Virus record (IMG/VR): IMGVR_UViG_3300030376_006394
Coordinates: 21,212 to 85,211 of that record
From: a virus
Lineage: Duplodnaviria > Caudoviricetes
Strand: one strand, 5' to 3'
DNA length: 64,000 nucleotides
Made by a program: the position numbers and the translations under genes. Shown here piece by piece: positions 45,312-54,217 of the stretch. The notes below the pieces were generated by a model, which saw only the letters and a program-made list of their open reading frames with translations, ran no database searches and had not been told where the DNA came from. How positions within the stretch are numbered: the stretch's first letter is position 1; each line of letters opens with the position of its first letter.

Positions 45312-46100
45312 ATGACTTCAGTAACTGACTCGCTAGACAAACTAAGAGGATCTTATGGAGGGAGCGAAAAAACGTCGCCCTCTTTTTTAAGGCCGCAGAA
45401 CGTTAAGTACAACACGCCTGCAAAAGCTAGAAAGCTTGGTACCGTTGATAATCTTGCTCAAACAATTACTGGATCTTTAGGATCTCAAGATGGTGCTAAT
45501 ACTCTTTTCTTCAAAGTAGTAACGAATGGTAAGTCAGATTTAAGGATCACCAAGAATGTTTTAAATAAACACGAGGATAAGTATTTAGCAGTGGGGGTTC
45601 TTGATGGTAATTACAACCCTCTGCAATTGAATGAATATGGTTTCACTCATTTCAATGAGATTGAAAATACAGTTCCTTTAGAAGCGATCCTTCAGCAACC
45701 TAAAGGGTCGTATTACTTCACGGTTACAAATTCTCAATGGCAATCCATACCTTTCAGTATCAATGTTCAAGTTATTAGATATGTCCTACTTGATGGATCG
45801 ACAGAGGATCAACATGAGTTAAGCGGTCGTATCGCTCTGGTCAAGCTTTATGGTGTGACCTCTGGAACCTCAGAAGGCACTCTTACATTCCTTCCAACCA
45901 GTCAATTGAAGGTAATGAGTGGAGTATCCCTCGGCACTGATCAAACAACAGGAGCTATAACCATAATGAAGGGTACTGTAACGATGTCTGATCAGACTTA
46001 CGGAAGACTCAGAATGACATGGCGAATTAATGGAACAGCCAGCGGTTCAAGTTCAAATACGGCTACACTAACAGTTACATCCCCTGGCGGTGGTTATTAA
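45312..46100 (+). CDS. Virion structural protein (putative)
   Basis: Beta-sandwich N-terminal part, Thr/Gly-rich C-terminal repeats; ATG at 45312. Confidence 0.6.
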   Translation: MTSVTDSLDKLRGSYGGSEKTSPSFLRPQNVKYNTPAKARKLGTVDNLAQTITGSLGSQDGANTLFFKVVTNGKSDLRITKNVLNKHEDKYLAVGVLDGNYNPLQLNEYGFTHFNEIENTVPLEAILQQPKGSYYFTVTNSQWQSIPFSINVQVIRYVLLDGSTEDQHELSGRIALVKLYGVTSGTSEGTLTFLPTSQLKVMSGVSLGTDQTTGAITIMKGTVTMSDQTYGRLRMTWRINGTASGSSSNTATLTVTSPGGGY

Positions 46101-46150
46101 CAATACGTCTACCAATCTTGCCAGAATGTAGATGATGAACTGACGATTTA

Positions 46151-46573
46151 ATGGCATTTTCTCAATATCTAGCAACTAAGGTTCTGAGCTGGTACAAGAA
46201 CTCAGCTTTTCCTACAGCTCTAACGAATGTTTATGTTTCGCTTCATACAGCGGATCCAGGAACTGCTGGAACTAATAATGATTCAACAGCATCAATTATT
46301 GGTAACGCAACTCGTGTTGGTATAGCTGCTAGTGGTTTCAGCTCAGTCGGTGCTGCTGGAGGAGGTGGATTCCAAGTCACCAACTCTGGTGTATGCCAAA
46401 TCACTACAAGTGCTCAAAATTCTAGTGGTGTAACTGTCACGCATTTCGGACTATGGGACGCGGCTACGTCAGGAAACTTCCTAGCATCAGGTTCGTTAAC
46501 AACCAATGTTGACGTTCAGCTAGGCGACACCGTCCAGTTCAATAGCGGTGCGATGGCAATCAAAGTGATTTAA
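46151..46573 (+). CDS. Phage tail-associated protein
   Basis: YVSLHTADPG...THFGLWDAATSGNFL...GDTVQF pattern. Confidence 0.75.
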   Translation: MAFSQYLATKVLSWYKNSAFPTALTNVYVSLHTADPGTAGTNNDSTASIIGNATRVGIAASGFSSVGAAGGGGFQVTNSGVCQITTSAQNSSGVTVTHFGLWDAATSGNFLASGSLTTNVDVQLGDTVQFNSGAMAIKVI

Positions 46574-46576
46574 ATT

Positions 46577-47125
46577 ATGACCCAGCAGAGATGGCTCCTT
46601 CTTGGAGCTGGTATAGCTTTTGGAGCTTCTAATCTTTTTGCAATCTCACTGCTGGGGCGCAATCAAAGTGGATTACCGAAATTCAATTTACCCGTAAGTC
46701 AATATTCTTCTTACAGCATTGATGTTTTTAAGTCTGATTCAGCTCAGTCTTATAACATCAAGCATCGAATGCATGATCCTAAAATAGTAGAGGAGGTAAG
46801 AACGATAAAGAAGCCTTTTGGCTTATTTGGAAAAGGAAAATCTGATACCTACATACTCAAACAATCGCCTGTTGGAGATGAATTTAATCAATCATCAATT
46901 CGCAGTTCCGAACTCACGGCAAAGCAAATTGCCTGTATTGAGGCAGGAGGGTCTGGAAAGAATACGGGTCGGCTCATCGGTTCCTCAGTTGGAACGGCTG
47001 CTGCGCCTGCACTCAGCGGAGTGCCAATTCTAGGTCCATTCCTTGCCGGAGCTGCTGCGATGTTCGGAATGGATAAGGGTGCCGAGATCGGATCTCAGAT
47101 GGCAAAAGACTTCAAGGATTGTTGA
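46577..47125 (+). CDS. Membrane/exported protein with glycine zipper
   Basis: N-terminal hydrophobic helix; CIEAGGSG...GRLIGSSVG...GAEIG. Confidence 0.7.
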   Translation: MTQQRWLLLGAGIAFGASNLFAISLLGRNQSGLPKFNLPVSQYSSYSIDVFKSDSAQSYNIKHRMHDPKIVEEVRTIKKPFGLFGKGKSDTYILKQSPVGDEFNQSSIRSSELTAKQIACIEAGGSGKNTGRLIGSSVGTAAAPALSGVPILGPFLAGAAAMFGMDKGAEIGSQMAKDFKDC

Positions 47126-48240
47126 GGTCTTTTAGAAAAAGCACCATTCTTTCGAGTATCGATATGTACATACCCTTTTTGCTTATTGGGTAAGAATCCT
47201 CCTGTCCATCTCTTCGCTAGCCAGCGAGAAAATTCAATCAGGCAATCTTGGACTGGGTAGATATCTAGAGCCATTCCTCTGGAGTGATAGTTATCTTTTA
47301 TCTTCTCTTCGGGTCTATATCCTCCTACTACCCCTACAGGGGCTCCCCAAGCCTCTCTAATGCCGTCAAACTCTACCGCAAGCTTCATTAGATTCTTTTC
47401 GTCTGTACTACCCTCTACAGGAGCACGACGAGGGTCATACATTAATACCTCTCCTACAGTTAGATATTTACCAACGCGATCCTCCATCGCATGCCAATCC
47501 ACCTTCTCTGCTTTCTTGGTGACGAAGTTATTAGCTACTTGCTCTCTCCAATGAGTCTGATTAATAATCCAACGCTTACCACTTCCATAGATTGTGATCC
47601 AAGCATGACAATCTCTTGGAATTTCTTCTAAGCGAGAGACTAGTAATTCTTCTTCAACTTCTATATATTCCTTTCCTGAATCAGATAATAAGAGATCATC
47701 AATTGGTGCTTTCTTCAGGAATGTATCTTGCGATGCTGTCAGCTTTAATGGTCTAATTGTTTCTTTATTCCACTCCTTAGATTCAACTTCCCGCCGATAC
47801 ATTAATCCTGGTAATTGTTCTCCATAGGATTTCGAATAAAGACCAAAAATACAACCAATATCTTCATACGCTTCTGGATGTTCTACCCCTTCTTTTAATG
47901 CTTCTTGTAGGTCTTCAAAACCTTCAACCTCAAAGAAATTAAAGCCCATGTTCCAGGCGAAACTTATCAGTGCTGACTGCCTGCTTGAACCTAAATTATC
48001 CCATCCTGGAATCTTAGATACTTCAGGTAAAATATCTCTTTCAATTTGTTCTTTTGTGTACTCAGTACAAATTGATTCATAACAAACGTCTCCCAATCTG
48101 ACACGTTCTCCATTGGAATACTGAGTCATCCCAGTACACAGTGTTGGAATACCTAGTGGATCTAAATACGCTTCAACTTCTACACCTTCAAACAATTCAA
48201 TTAGAGCTGCTGCCTTCGTTATCGTCAGCGGATGTGTCAT
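47095..48240 (-). CDS. Endolysin: GH24 lysozyme plus peptidase M15 domain
   Basis: FEG...AYLDPLGIPT (E-x8-D-x5-T), ALISFAWN, GL..RR..E; C-terminal GYR...HSRGMALD...VHID zinc motifs; ATG at 48240. Confidence 0.85.
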   Translation of the reverse strand: MTHPLTITKAAALIELFEGVEVEAYLDPLGIPTLCTGMTQYSNGERVRLGDVCYESICTEYTKEQIERDILPEVSKIPGWDNLGSSRQSALISFAWNMGFNFFEVEGFEDLQEALKEGVEHPEAYEDIGCIFGLYSKSYGEQLPGLMYRREVESKEWNKETIRPLKLTASQDTFLKKAPIDDLLLSDSGKEYIEVEEELLVSRLEEIPRDCHAWITIYGSGKRWIINQTHWREQVANNFVTKKAEKVDWHAMEDRVGKYLTVGEVLMYDPRRAPVEGSTDEKNLMKLAVEFDGIREAWGAPVGVVGGYRPEEKIKDNYHSRGMALDIYPVQDCLIEFSRWLAKRWTGGFLPNKQKGYVHIDTRKNGAFSKRPQQSLKSFAI

Positions 48241-48463
48241 CGTAAATTCTTGCAAAACGAATAGTTTTCTTTGCCATCGGTTCTTGATGCAAAGTCATTC
48301 TTTCGGCTACGTCTCCAGCCGCACTACTACTGTATCCTTTTGATTTAAGTAATTCGTAAGTTTCTAGAAATGTATCCAAATCCTCACTAGCAAATTTTTC
48401 ACCATCTTCCCTTGGACTTATTTCATCGCTCTCCCAATCTGACCCACCGCTAGCGAAGCGCAT
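48197..48463 (-). CDS. Hypothetical protein
   Basis: 88-aa ORF. Confidence 0.6.
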   Translation of the reverse strand: MRFASGGSDWESDEISPREDGEKFASEDLDTFLETYELLKSKGYSSSAAGDVAERMTLHQEPMAKKTIRFARIYDDTSADDNEGSSSN

Positions 48464-48505
48464 TAGGTACTTACGACTACTTTTTAATGTTAACGATTAG
48501 AGTTA

Positions 48506-48838
48506 TTAACTGAAGAGAAAATCTAAGCTATTTGGGTAATCCTGAAGATGTTGAACGACTGCGTTATGAGCATCTTGACCAACACCAGCAGCTTTTCTCA
48601 TCTCTGAATTCATATAGTGAGCCATCGTAGCTCCCTGATGCTCTTGCTGTGCAAGTCTCTGCGCTGCTGTTTTAGCAATATCCATTGCCTGAGCAGTATC
48701 TTGAGTATTAGCAATCTGATCGTAAACTTGAGCTGTAGACACAGCCTGATGACCTCGCTGATTATTGACGTATGTAGATGGTGCCCCAGCGGGATCGTTT
48801 AACGTCTTAGCAATAATATTTCTTGGTGGAAGATTCAT
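48506..48838 (-). CDS. Hypothetical protein
   Basis: 110-aa ORF. Confidence 0.65.
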   Translation of the reverse strand: MNLPPRNIIAKTLNDPAGAPSTYVNNQRGHQAVSTAQVYDQIANTQDTAQAMDIAKTAAQRLAQQEHQGATMAHYMNSEMRKAAGVGQDAHNAVVQHLQDYPNSLDFLFS

Positions 48839-48877
48839 ATATGGTGGCCCCGTAAAAACGGGGCGATATTGTCTCGG

Positions 48878-49963
48878 TTAGCCAATTGAAGGTGCAAGTA
48901 GAGCTACTTCACTAGTTGCTGTAGAAGCAAGATCTAGAGGGAAGTTATGAGCGTTACGCTCATGCATCACTTCCATTCCGAGGTTAGCGCGATTTAAAAC
49001 GTCTCCCCAAGTAGGAATGACTTTACCTTTATAGTCTACGACAGACTGATTAAAGTTGAATCCATTTAGATTAAAAGCCATTGTGCAAATCCCCATACTT
49101 GTAAGCCAAATACAGATAACAGGCCAGCTAGCAAGGAAAAAATGCAAACTTCTTGAGTTATTAAACGACGCATACTGGAAGATTAATCTTCCGAAGTAGC
49201 CATGTGCAGCCACGATGTTATAGGTCTCTTCTTCTTGTCCGAATTTATATCCATAGTTCTGAGAAGTCAGACCTGTGGTTTCACGAATAAGTGAAGATGT
49301 AACCAGTGAGCCATGCATAGCACTAAACAGAGCACCACCAAACATACCCGCCACGCCTGCCATGTGGAATGGATGCATGAGGATATTATGTTCCGCCTGG
49401 AAGACAAACATAAAGTTGAACGTGCCTGAAATGCCGAGAGGCATACCGTCACTGAATGATCCTTGTCCGAAAGGATAGACGAGGAATACAGCAAAAGCGG
49501 CTGAGACTGGTGCGGAGTAAGCAACACAGATCCAAGGACGCATTCCTAAGCGGTACGACAGTTCCCACTGTCTTCCCATGTATGCAGATATTCCGATTAA
49601 AAAATGGAAAATAACGAGTTGGTAGGGACCGCCGTTATATAACCATTCATCTAACGTCGCCGCTTCCCATATGGGATAGAAGTGTAACCCAATTGCGTTA
49701 CTACTAGGTACAACAGCACCAGAAATAATGTTGTTGCCATACAGGAATGAGCCAGCTACTGGCTCGCGGATACCGTCAATATCGACTGGTGGTGCAGCGA
49801 TAAAAGCGATGATGAAACAAGTTGCAGCAGTTAACAAGCAAGGGATCATTAAGACTCCGAACCAGCCAACATAAATGCGATTGCTGCTTGAGGTAACCCA
49901 ATCAGTAAACTCGTCCCATCCTTTTAATAAGCCACCACCTCTAATTGAGGTTGATGTAGTCAT
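48878..49963 (-). CDS. psbA: Photosystem II D1 protein, Prochlorococcus/cyanophage type
   Basis: Full-length D1; MGRQWE (Q130), [27 protein letters not shown] intact; RETTGLTSQ loop; no intron. Confidence 0.99.
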   Translation of the reverse strand: MTTSTSIRGGGLLKGWDEFTDWVTSSSNRIYVGWFGVLMIPCLLTAATCFIIAFIAAPPVDIDGIREPVAGSFLYGNNIISGAVVPSSNAIGLHFYPIWEAATLDEWLYNGGPYQLVIFHFLIGISAYMGRQWELSYRLGMRPWICVAYSAPVSAAFAVFLVYPFGQGSFSDGMPLGISGTFNFMFVFQAEHNILMHPFHMAGVAGMFGGALFSAMHGSLVTSSLIRETTGLTSQNYGYKFGQEEETYNIVAAHGYFGRLIFQYASFNNSRSLHFFLASWPVICIWLTSMGICTMAFNLNGFNFNQSVVDYKGKVIPTWGDVLNRANLGMEVMHERNAHNFPLDLASTATSEVALLAPSIG

Positions 49964-49990
49964 CTTAAGAAAAAAGTACGGTTGAAACTT

Positions 49991-50044
49991 GTATGATGAG
50001 AGACTTTTCCCCGTGGTCTCGGTTAGGGGATGCTGATACGTCTA
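49991..50044 (-). ncRNA. PhotoRC-II-like pseudoknot in the psbA leader
   Basis: Minus strand CATCCCC-TAACC-GAGAC-CAC-GGGG-AAAA-GTCTC-TC: CCCC/GGGG and GAGAC/GTCTC interleaved. Confidence 0.65.
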
Positions 50045-50067
50045 ACAGCAAATTTAATTGTAGACAA

Positions 50068-50097
50068 TAAAAAACCACCGCTACTTGAGCAGTGGTC
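50068..50097 (-). terminator. Terminator after the outer-membrane protein gene
   Basis: ACCAC.GCT/AGC.GTGGT stem with A-tract on the left. Confidence 0.65.
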
Positions 50098-50111
50098 TTA
50101 TGTGTCTATGA

Positions 50112-50474
50112 CTAGAAGGTGAACTTACCGCCTAACTTCAAACCATATGCATTGTCAGTATCTTCTGAAGAAACACCAGAAAACTCACCATATGCTGAAA
50201 CCTTTTCAGTTAAAGAATATGAAGCACCAACTTTTCCACCAATTTCTGTAGAACCTTCGCCAGATGTTGGGTAAAGAATAGATGGACCACCTTGTACGTA
50301 GTAACCAAGCTTTTCATTTGCTTGTCCTTCGTAACCAACGTGTAGATCTAGAACAGATCCAATCGGGTCATTACCAACGTATCCTTTGTTGAACTCTGGA
50401 TTTACATAGAACCCAGCCATAGCAGGCATGCCAGCAGTCGCAAGAGCTGCGGCTAATGTCGCTTGTTTAAGCAT
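50112..50474 (-). CDS. Small outer-membrane beta-barrel protein
   Basis: Signal peptide ending AMA, alternating amphipathic strands, C-terminal Phe (GLKLGGKFTF). Confidence 0.8.
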   Translation of the reverse strand: MLKQATLAAALATAGMPAMAGFYVNPEFNKGYVGNDPIGSVLDLHVGYEGQANEKLGYYVQGGPSILYPTSGEGSTEIGGKVGASYSLTEKVSAYGEFSGVSSEDTDNAYGLKLGGKFTF

Positions 50475-50509
50475 TGTATTGAGAAAATACGAAATAAAAT
50501 TGTTCGTTT

Positions 50510-50561
50510 ATAACGAGAGACTTACCCCCTTGGTCTCAATTTGGGGATGCCAATACGTCTA
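50510..50561 (-). ncRNA. Second copy of the psbA-leader pseudoknot, upstream of the OMP gene
   Basis: Minus strand AGACGTATTGGCATCCCC-AAATT-GAGAC-CAA-GGGGG-TAA-GTCTC-TC; stems conserved, loops diverged. Confidence 0.65.
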
Positions 50562-50632
50562 CTAGCTACATGTAGTGTAATAAATTTTTTAACCCTCCTT
50601 TTGTGCCAATTATGTCATCTGTCCTAACGAAT

Positions 50633-51307
50633 TTATTTACCACTTTTCTTTTGGCTTCTTGTCGCAGTCCGTTTTCCTTCTCTTGCCGACATATTCCTTG
50701 CGGCTGCAGCTTTAGCACGAGCTTTGGCTTGTCCTGCTTTTGCGTGAGCTGTTCCGCCTCCTTTCCCTACGGAATAAAAATCACTCCCTTCTAAGCTACC
50801 TTCTTCAGGCCAGTAGCAATCGCTTGGAATGCTGTCATGCTTATCGCTACTTGTCGTGGTCCTACATTTACCAAATGCTCTTGCCCAATCCTCTCCAGTA
50901 GTAGCTGGATTGTATTTCATTGCATCTTCCAAGCTAAGTCCTTCATCCAATTGTCTTTGATATAACTTCTCCATAAATTTCCGTCCATCTGTTTTTTCGT
51001 CTACTGGATCTTTCGGAGCTGGATCTACTGGCTTAACTACTACTTCTTCTTCCTTCTTCTCTGGCTTTCTCCAAGGATCTGAGTGTTCTTTAAAACCCTC
51101 TAGTTCCTTCCTCTTTGTATCTAAGTAATCGCCATATGATCTACTTCCACCACGGCCTGTTTCAGTAAGTGAGCTGATGTAGGGTAATTCAGATTGACTA
51201 GGACTCACGTACGGAATACTTCCTGCATCCGACGGGTCAGGTTCTAATGTCCCTGCCCGACGCAATTTGCCAAATAATTTAGATAAGTCTGCACCAGCGA
51301 ATCTCAT
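50633..51307 (-). CDS. Hypothetical protein
   Basis: 224 aa with a basic Ala/Lys-rich C-terminus. Confidence 0.7.
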   Translation of the reverse strand: MRFAGADLSKLFGKLRRAGTLEPDPSDAGSIPYVSPSQSELPYISSLTETGRGGSRSYGDYLDTKRKELEGFKEHSDPWRKPEKKEEEVVVKPVDPAPKDPVDEKTDGRKFMEKLYQRQLDEGLSLEDAMKYNPATTGEDWARAFGKCRTTTSSDKHDSIPSDCYWPEEGSLEGSDFYSVGKGGGTAHAKAGQAKARAKAAAARNMSAREGKRTATRSQKKSGK

Positions 51308-51366
51308 GATCTGTTAATTCCCAAAGCTCTGTATTTTAGTAGTCTTTTCTTTTAATTTTAGACAAG

Positions 51367-51398
51367 AAAAAACCACCACCAAATTAATGGCAGTGGTT
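51367..51398 (-). terminator. Probable terminator after the scaffold gene
   Basis: AACCAC/GTGGTT stem with A-tract; imperfect. Confidence 0.45.
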
Positions 51399-51414
51399 CA
51401 CTCTATTTCTGAAT

Positions 51415-52473
51415 CTATTCCTCAGAAACTAACACCTTACTTCTAAGCTGATCAGGTGTTGCTTGACTTAAAGCTTGCCATGCAGCCGCTGGGTTTTTAT
51501 CGCTTAGATTTGAAAATGCTGCCCAAAAGTCTCCCTGCCTAGCAGTTTGTGCGCCTGGTGCAGGCATATCCATTTGAGGACGCTGGAAAGACTGCTGCTT
51601 TGATGCTTCTGTCTGCAGTTCTGCTTTTGTTGCTGCTTGTGGAGCTACCTGTGCAGAAGGAGGAACGAAAGGTTGAGAACGTGCTTCATTCGCTGCGACT
51701 TCAGCAGCTAGACGATCCTGTGGTAACTCAACTGGGTGAGGACCATTAGGACCGAAAAATTCGTTGACGTATTCCGATAACATATCGGGATTTGTCAACA
51801 TCACATGGTATGCAGCGTTATCTTCTGCTGCTGCTGTAACAACCTTCTTAGCTCCTTCGATTGACTGAGTTAGCTTTTCAACTTGCTGTAAGCCATCAGC
51901 AGTTTGCTTTGCTTGATTGATTAATGCATCTTCGACTGTGCAGGCATAACGGTTAAGTAATGCTGGTGCTTCTATACCAAAGTGCTGTATTACTTCAAGA
52001 CTTTCGTCGCTTACTGCTCCTAGATACCCGTCTTGCCCTTGTGCGTTCTGCTGCTGAATCGAGGGCTGCGCCTGTACCTGTGGTGTCTGGGAGTACGCCT
52101 CTGTTACTTGGGGCAGATAAGTCTGCATCCCCGAAGCTGATGGAGCCGCTTGGTATGTTGGTGCCTGAGAGGGATAACTGGTTGACTCCTGTGCCTGTGG
52201 GGTCGGCGTTGAGTAAGCTGCCTGCGGTTGGGAGTTCTGCTTCGCGCTCAGACTGTCGCTGAGTTTGTTGAACGCCTCCTGCCAAGGATTCTGATCCTGA
52301 ACCTGCGGTACCTGGGGCTGTGTCTCCACCTGTGGAGCCGAAGGTATCTGGTATGAAGGTTGGGCGCTCTGGACCTGTGTCTGTTGGGAGACCGCTTGCG
52401 GCACGGGCTCGCTCGATGGAATCGAGTTCTGTTGGCTCTCCTGAGCCTGTGTCATCTGAATAGGAACCTGCAT
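51415..52473 (-). CDS. Capsid scaffolding protein (putative)
   Basis: Gln/Pro/Ala-rich with coiled coil, directly after the portal. Confidence 0.65.
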   Translation of the reverse strand: MQVPIQMTQAQESQQNSIPSSEPVPQAVSQQTQVQSAQPSYQIPSAPQVETQPQVPQVQDQNPWQEAFNKLSDSLSAKQNSQPQAAYSTPTPQAQESTSYPSQAPTYQAAPSASGMQTYLPQVTEAYSQTPQVQAQPSIQQQNAQGQDGYLGAVSDESLEVIQHFGIEAPALLNRYACTVEDALINQAKQTADGLQQVEKLTQSIEGAKKVVTAAAEDNAAYHVMLTNPDMLSEYVNEFFGPNGPHPVELPQDRLAAEVAANEARSQPFVPPSAQVAPQAATKAELQTEASKQQSFQRPQMDMPAPGAQTARQGDFWAAFSNLSDKNPAAAWQALSQATPDQLRSKVLVSEE

Positions 52474-54208
52474 AAGTTAATTCTCGCTTAAGGAATTCAA
52501 GTGCTCGATATACATATGGCGTTAAATCAAGCTTCGGATCAGCAAGCAGTGGTAAATCAGGAGCTTGCGGATGTGGGGTCTGTCGCATGTCGTTTATCAG
52601 CGACAGGAATTGACCAATACTTTGCTGTGTTGCCTGAGCCATCCTAAATGGATAGCCACTCAACATTGCACTGCGTTCTTCGTCCGTTTTGTCGGGGAAG
52701 AGATATCGCAACGCCTCGATACTGTTTACACCGAGTTCTTGTAGGTTGCGAACAACAATACTTGAATTCAGTATATCTTCGGTCCCATCTTCAAAGACTG
52801 GACCTGTCCACCTCCATTCTACTTTTCTATTTCCGTCGGGGATTAAACCAACGACTCCTGGAGGTAGCTCTGTATTTTGTACAGCTTCTCTAATTCTATT
52901 ATCTAATTCAATTTCATATTTTCTTTCAGCTTCCCGATACTCTTGAAGGTACTGCTCATAGAGTTGAGGATCGTTGATTTCCTCTTCAATAGGCACGGCT
53001 GGCTTAATCATCCCTGTCGCTGCTGCGAACGAATCTCTAAAGATTTTTTCTTCGTGATAAATAATTAAAGAGAATAATTTGCATAGTCCATAGGTCAGCA
53101 ACCCTCTGCATCTACGGTTAGCACTTGTGCTTGCACGTCCGTATAAACTTTTAATTTCATATGCAGTCGCACCAGAACTGATACCCAGTTCATCGACACC
53201 GCCTAAAGCAGTTCTTAATTCTTCTCGATATTGCCTTGCATATAAATTCTGGTCTCCAGAGACAGCGTCAGGTGTTAGGTATACAGCTCGATCAGTTGGC
53301 TCGACATTGGCTATCACTCTTGGAACTTTCATACCACCTGTTCCAGACCCTGCTGGTTCGCTTAATCGCGTTGATGGTCTATTCGCTGAATAGAAACCAG
53401 CTTGGGAGCTTATCGTTGGCCTTAATTGATCATCGCTACCTGACTCAACCAAGTCATGCTTGGGTCTACTAGAGACCAGTGTTGGATTACCAAAGAAATG
53501 AATATTCGTCCTAATGTTCTTAACCAAATCATCATGCAAGACAATTTGCTCTGCTAACCAATCAAAATCTCCAGTGGAATCCATTCCAGTGGATCTCATA
53601 TTGTTAAACGCTTCGACTGCTGGGATAAACCCAAGACTATTAGTTAATGTCCTTGTCTGATTGGGAGCCCAACTAAAATTATTTCCTACACCTTGTTCGA
53701 ATGAAGGTCTTTCTGTCGTAATCGATTCTTTAATTGCATCACGTCTAACTTGTAATTTCACCCATCGCTCACTTCCGTTTTTGGAATTAGGAGTTGCCAA
53801 TGCTCCAAGTCCTGATCGGACTGAGAATGAATAAATTAATTCAATCTCCTCTAGTTGTGACTGCGAATCATAATAAGCCCTGTAATTATCCTTACTAAAC
53901 CACATCAACCTGTACGTATCATCTACAGGTCTGAAATAAAATAATCCTTTTCCATCGATCAAGAAATCATCAATAATTCCCTCTAACCTTGTATCGATTT
54001 CATTTTCTTCTACCAGTTGTGTCAGGAACATCTTCCTGAAACCATAGGTATCTTGTGCTGGGAAAAATTCCAACCCCTGACGAAGCATGAAAAGCTTCAT
54101 CTGAGCTAAATGGCTATTGACAAGCATTGTGTCAGTACCACTCATGCCGTCACGCTTTCGTGCGGCCTCTAAGATTTGACGAAATCTTTCGGTTGCTGGA
54201 ACGCTCAT
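51995..54208 (-). CDS. Portal protein with long C-terminal extension
   Basis: Follows TerL; helical portal-like core with A-x-G-x-D-x-L-G...SG and W motifs; low-complexity tail overlaps the scaffold ORF. Confidence 0.75.
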   Translation of the reverse strand: MSVPATERFRQILEAARKRDGMSGTDTMLVNSHLAQMKLFMLRQGLEFFPAQDTYGFRKMFLTQLVEENEIDTRLEGIIDDFLIDGKGLFYFRPVDDTYRLMWFSKDNYRAYYDSQSQLEEIELIYSFSVRSGLGALATPNSKNGSERWVKLQVRRDAIKESITTERPSFEQGVGNNFSWAPNQTRTLTNSLGFIPAVEAFNNMRSTGMDSTGDFDWLAEQIVLHDDLVKNIRTNIHFFGNPTLVSSRPKHDLVESGSDDQLRPTISSQAGFYSANRPSTRLSEPAGSGTGGMKVPRVIANVEPTDRAVYLTPDAVSGDQNLYARQYREELRTALGGVDELGISSGATAYEIKSLYGRASTSANRRCRGLLTYGLCKLFSLIIYHEEKIFRDSFAAATGMIKPAVPIEEEINDPQLYEQYLQEYREAERKYEIELDNRIREAVQNTELPPGVVGLIPDGNRKVEWRWTGPVFEDGTEDILNSSIVVRNLQELGVNSIEALRYLFPDKTDEERSAMLSGYPFRMAQATQQSIGQFLSLINDMRQTPHPQAPDLPLLADPKLDLTPYVYRALEFLKRELTYAGSYSDDTGSGEPTELDSIERARAASGLPTDTGPERPTFIPDTFGSTGGDTAPGTAGSGSESLAGGVQQTQRQSEREAELPTAGSLLNADPTGTGVNQLSLSGTNIPSGSISFGDADLSAPSNRGVLPDTTGTGAALDSAAERTRARRVSRSSKRRKS

Positions 54209-54217
54209 ACGTCTATT

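Noticed and set aside
48847-48864. GCCCCGT/ACGGGGC hairpin after psbA as an intrinsic terminator
   Set aside because: Strong stem but no U-tract on either strand; it may be a stabilising hairpin, so it is not called
48878-49963. Intron-containing or atypical (rogue) D1
   Set aside because: The ORF is continuous and the Mn-cluster ligand motifs are intact
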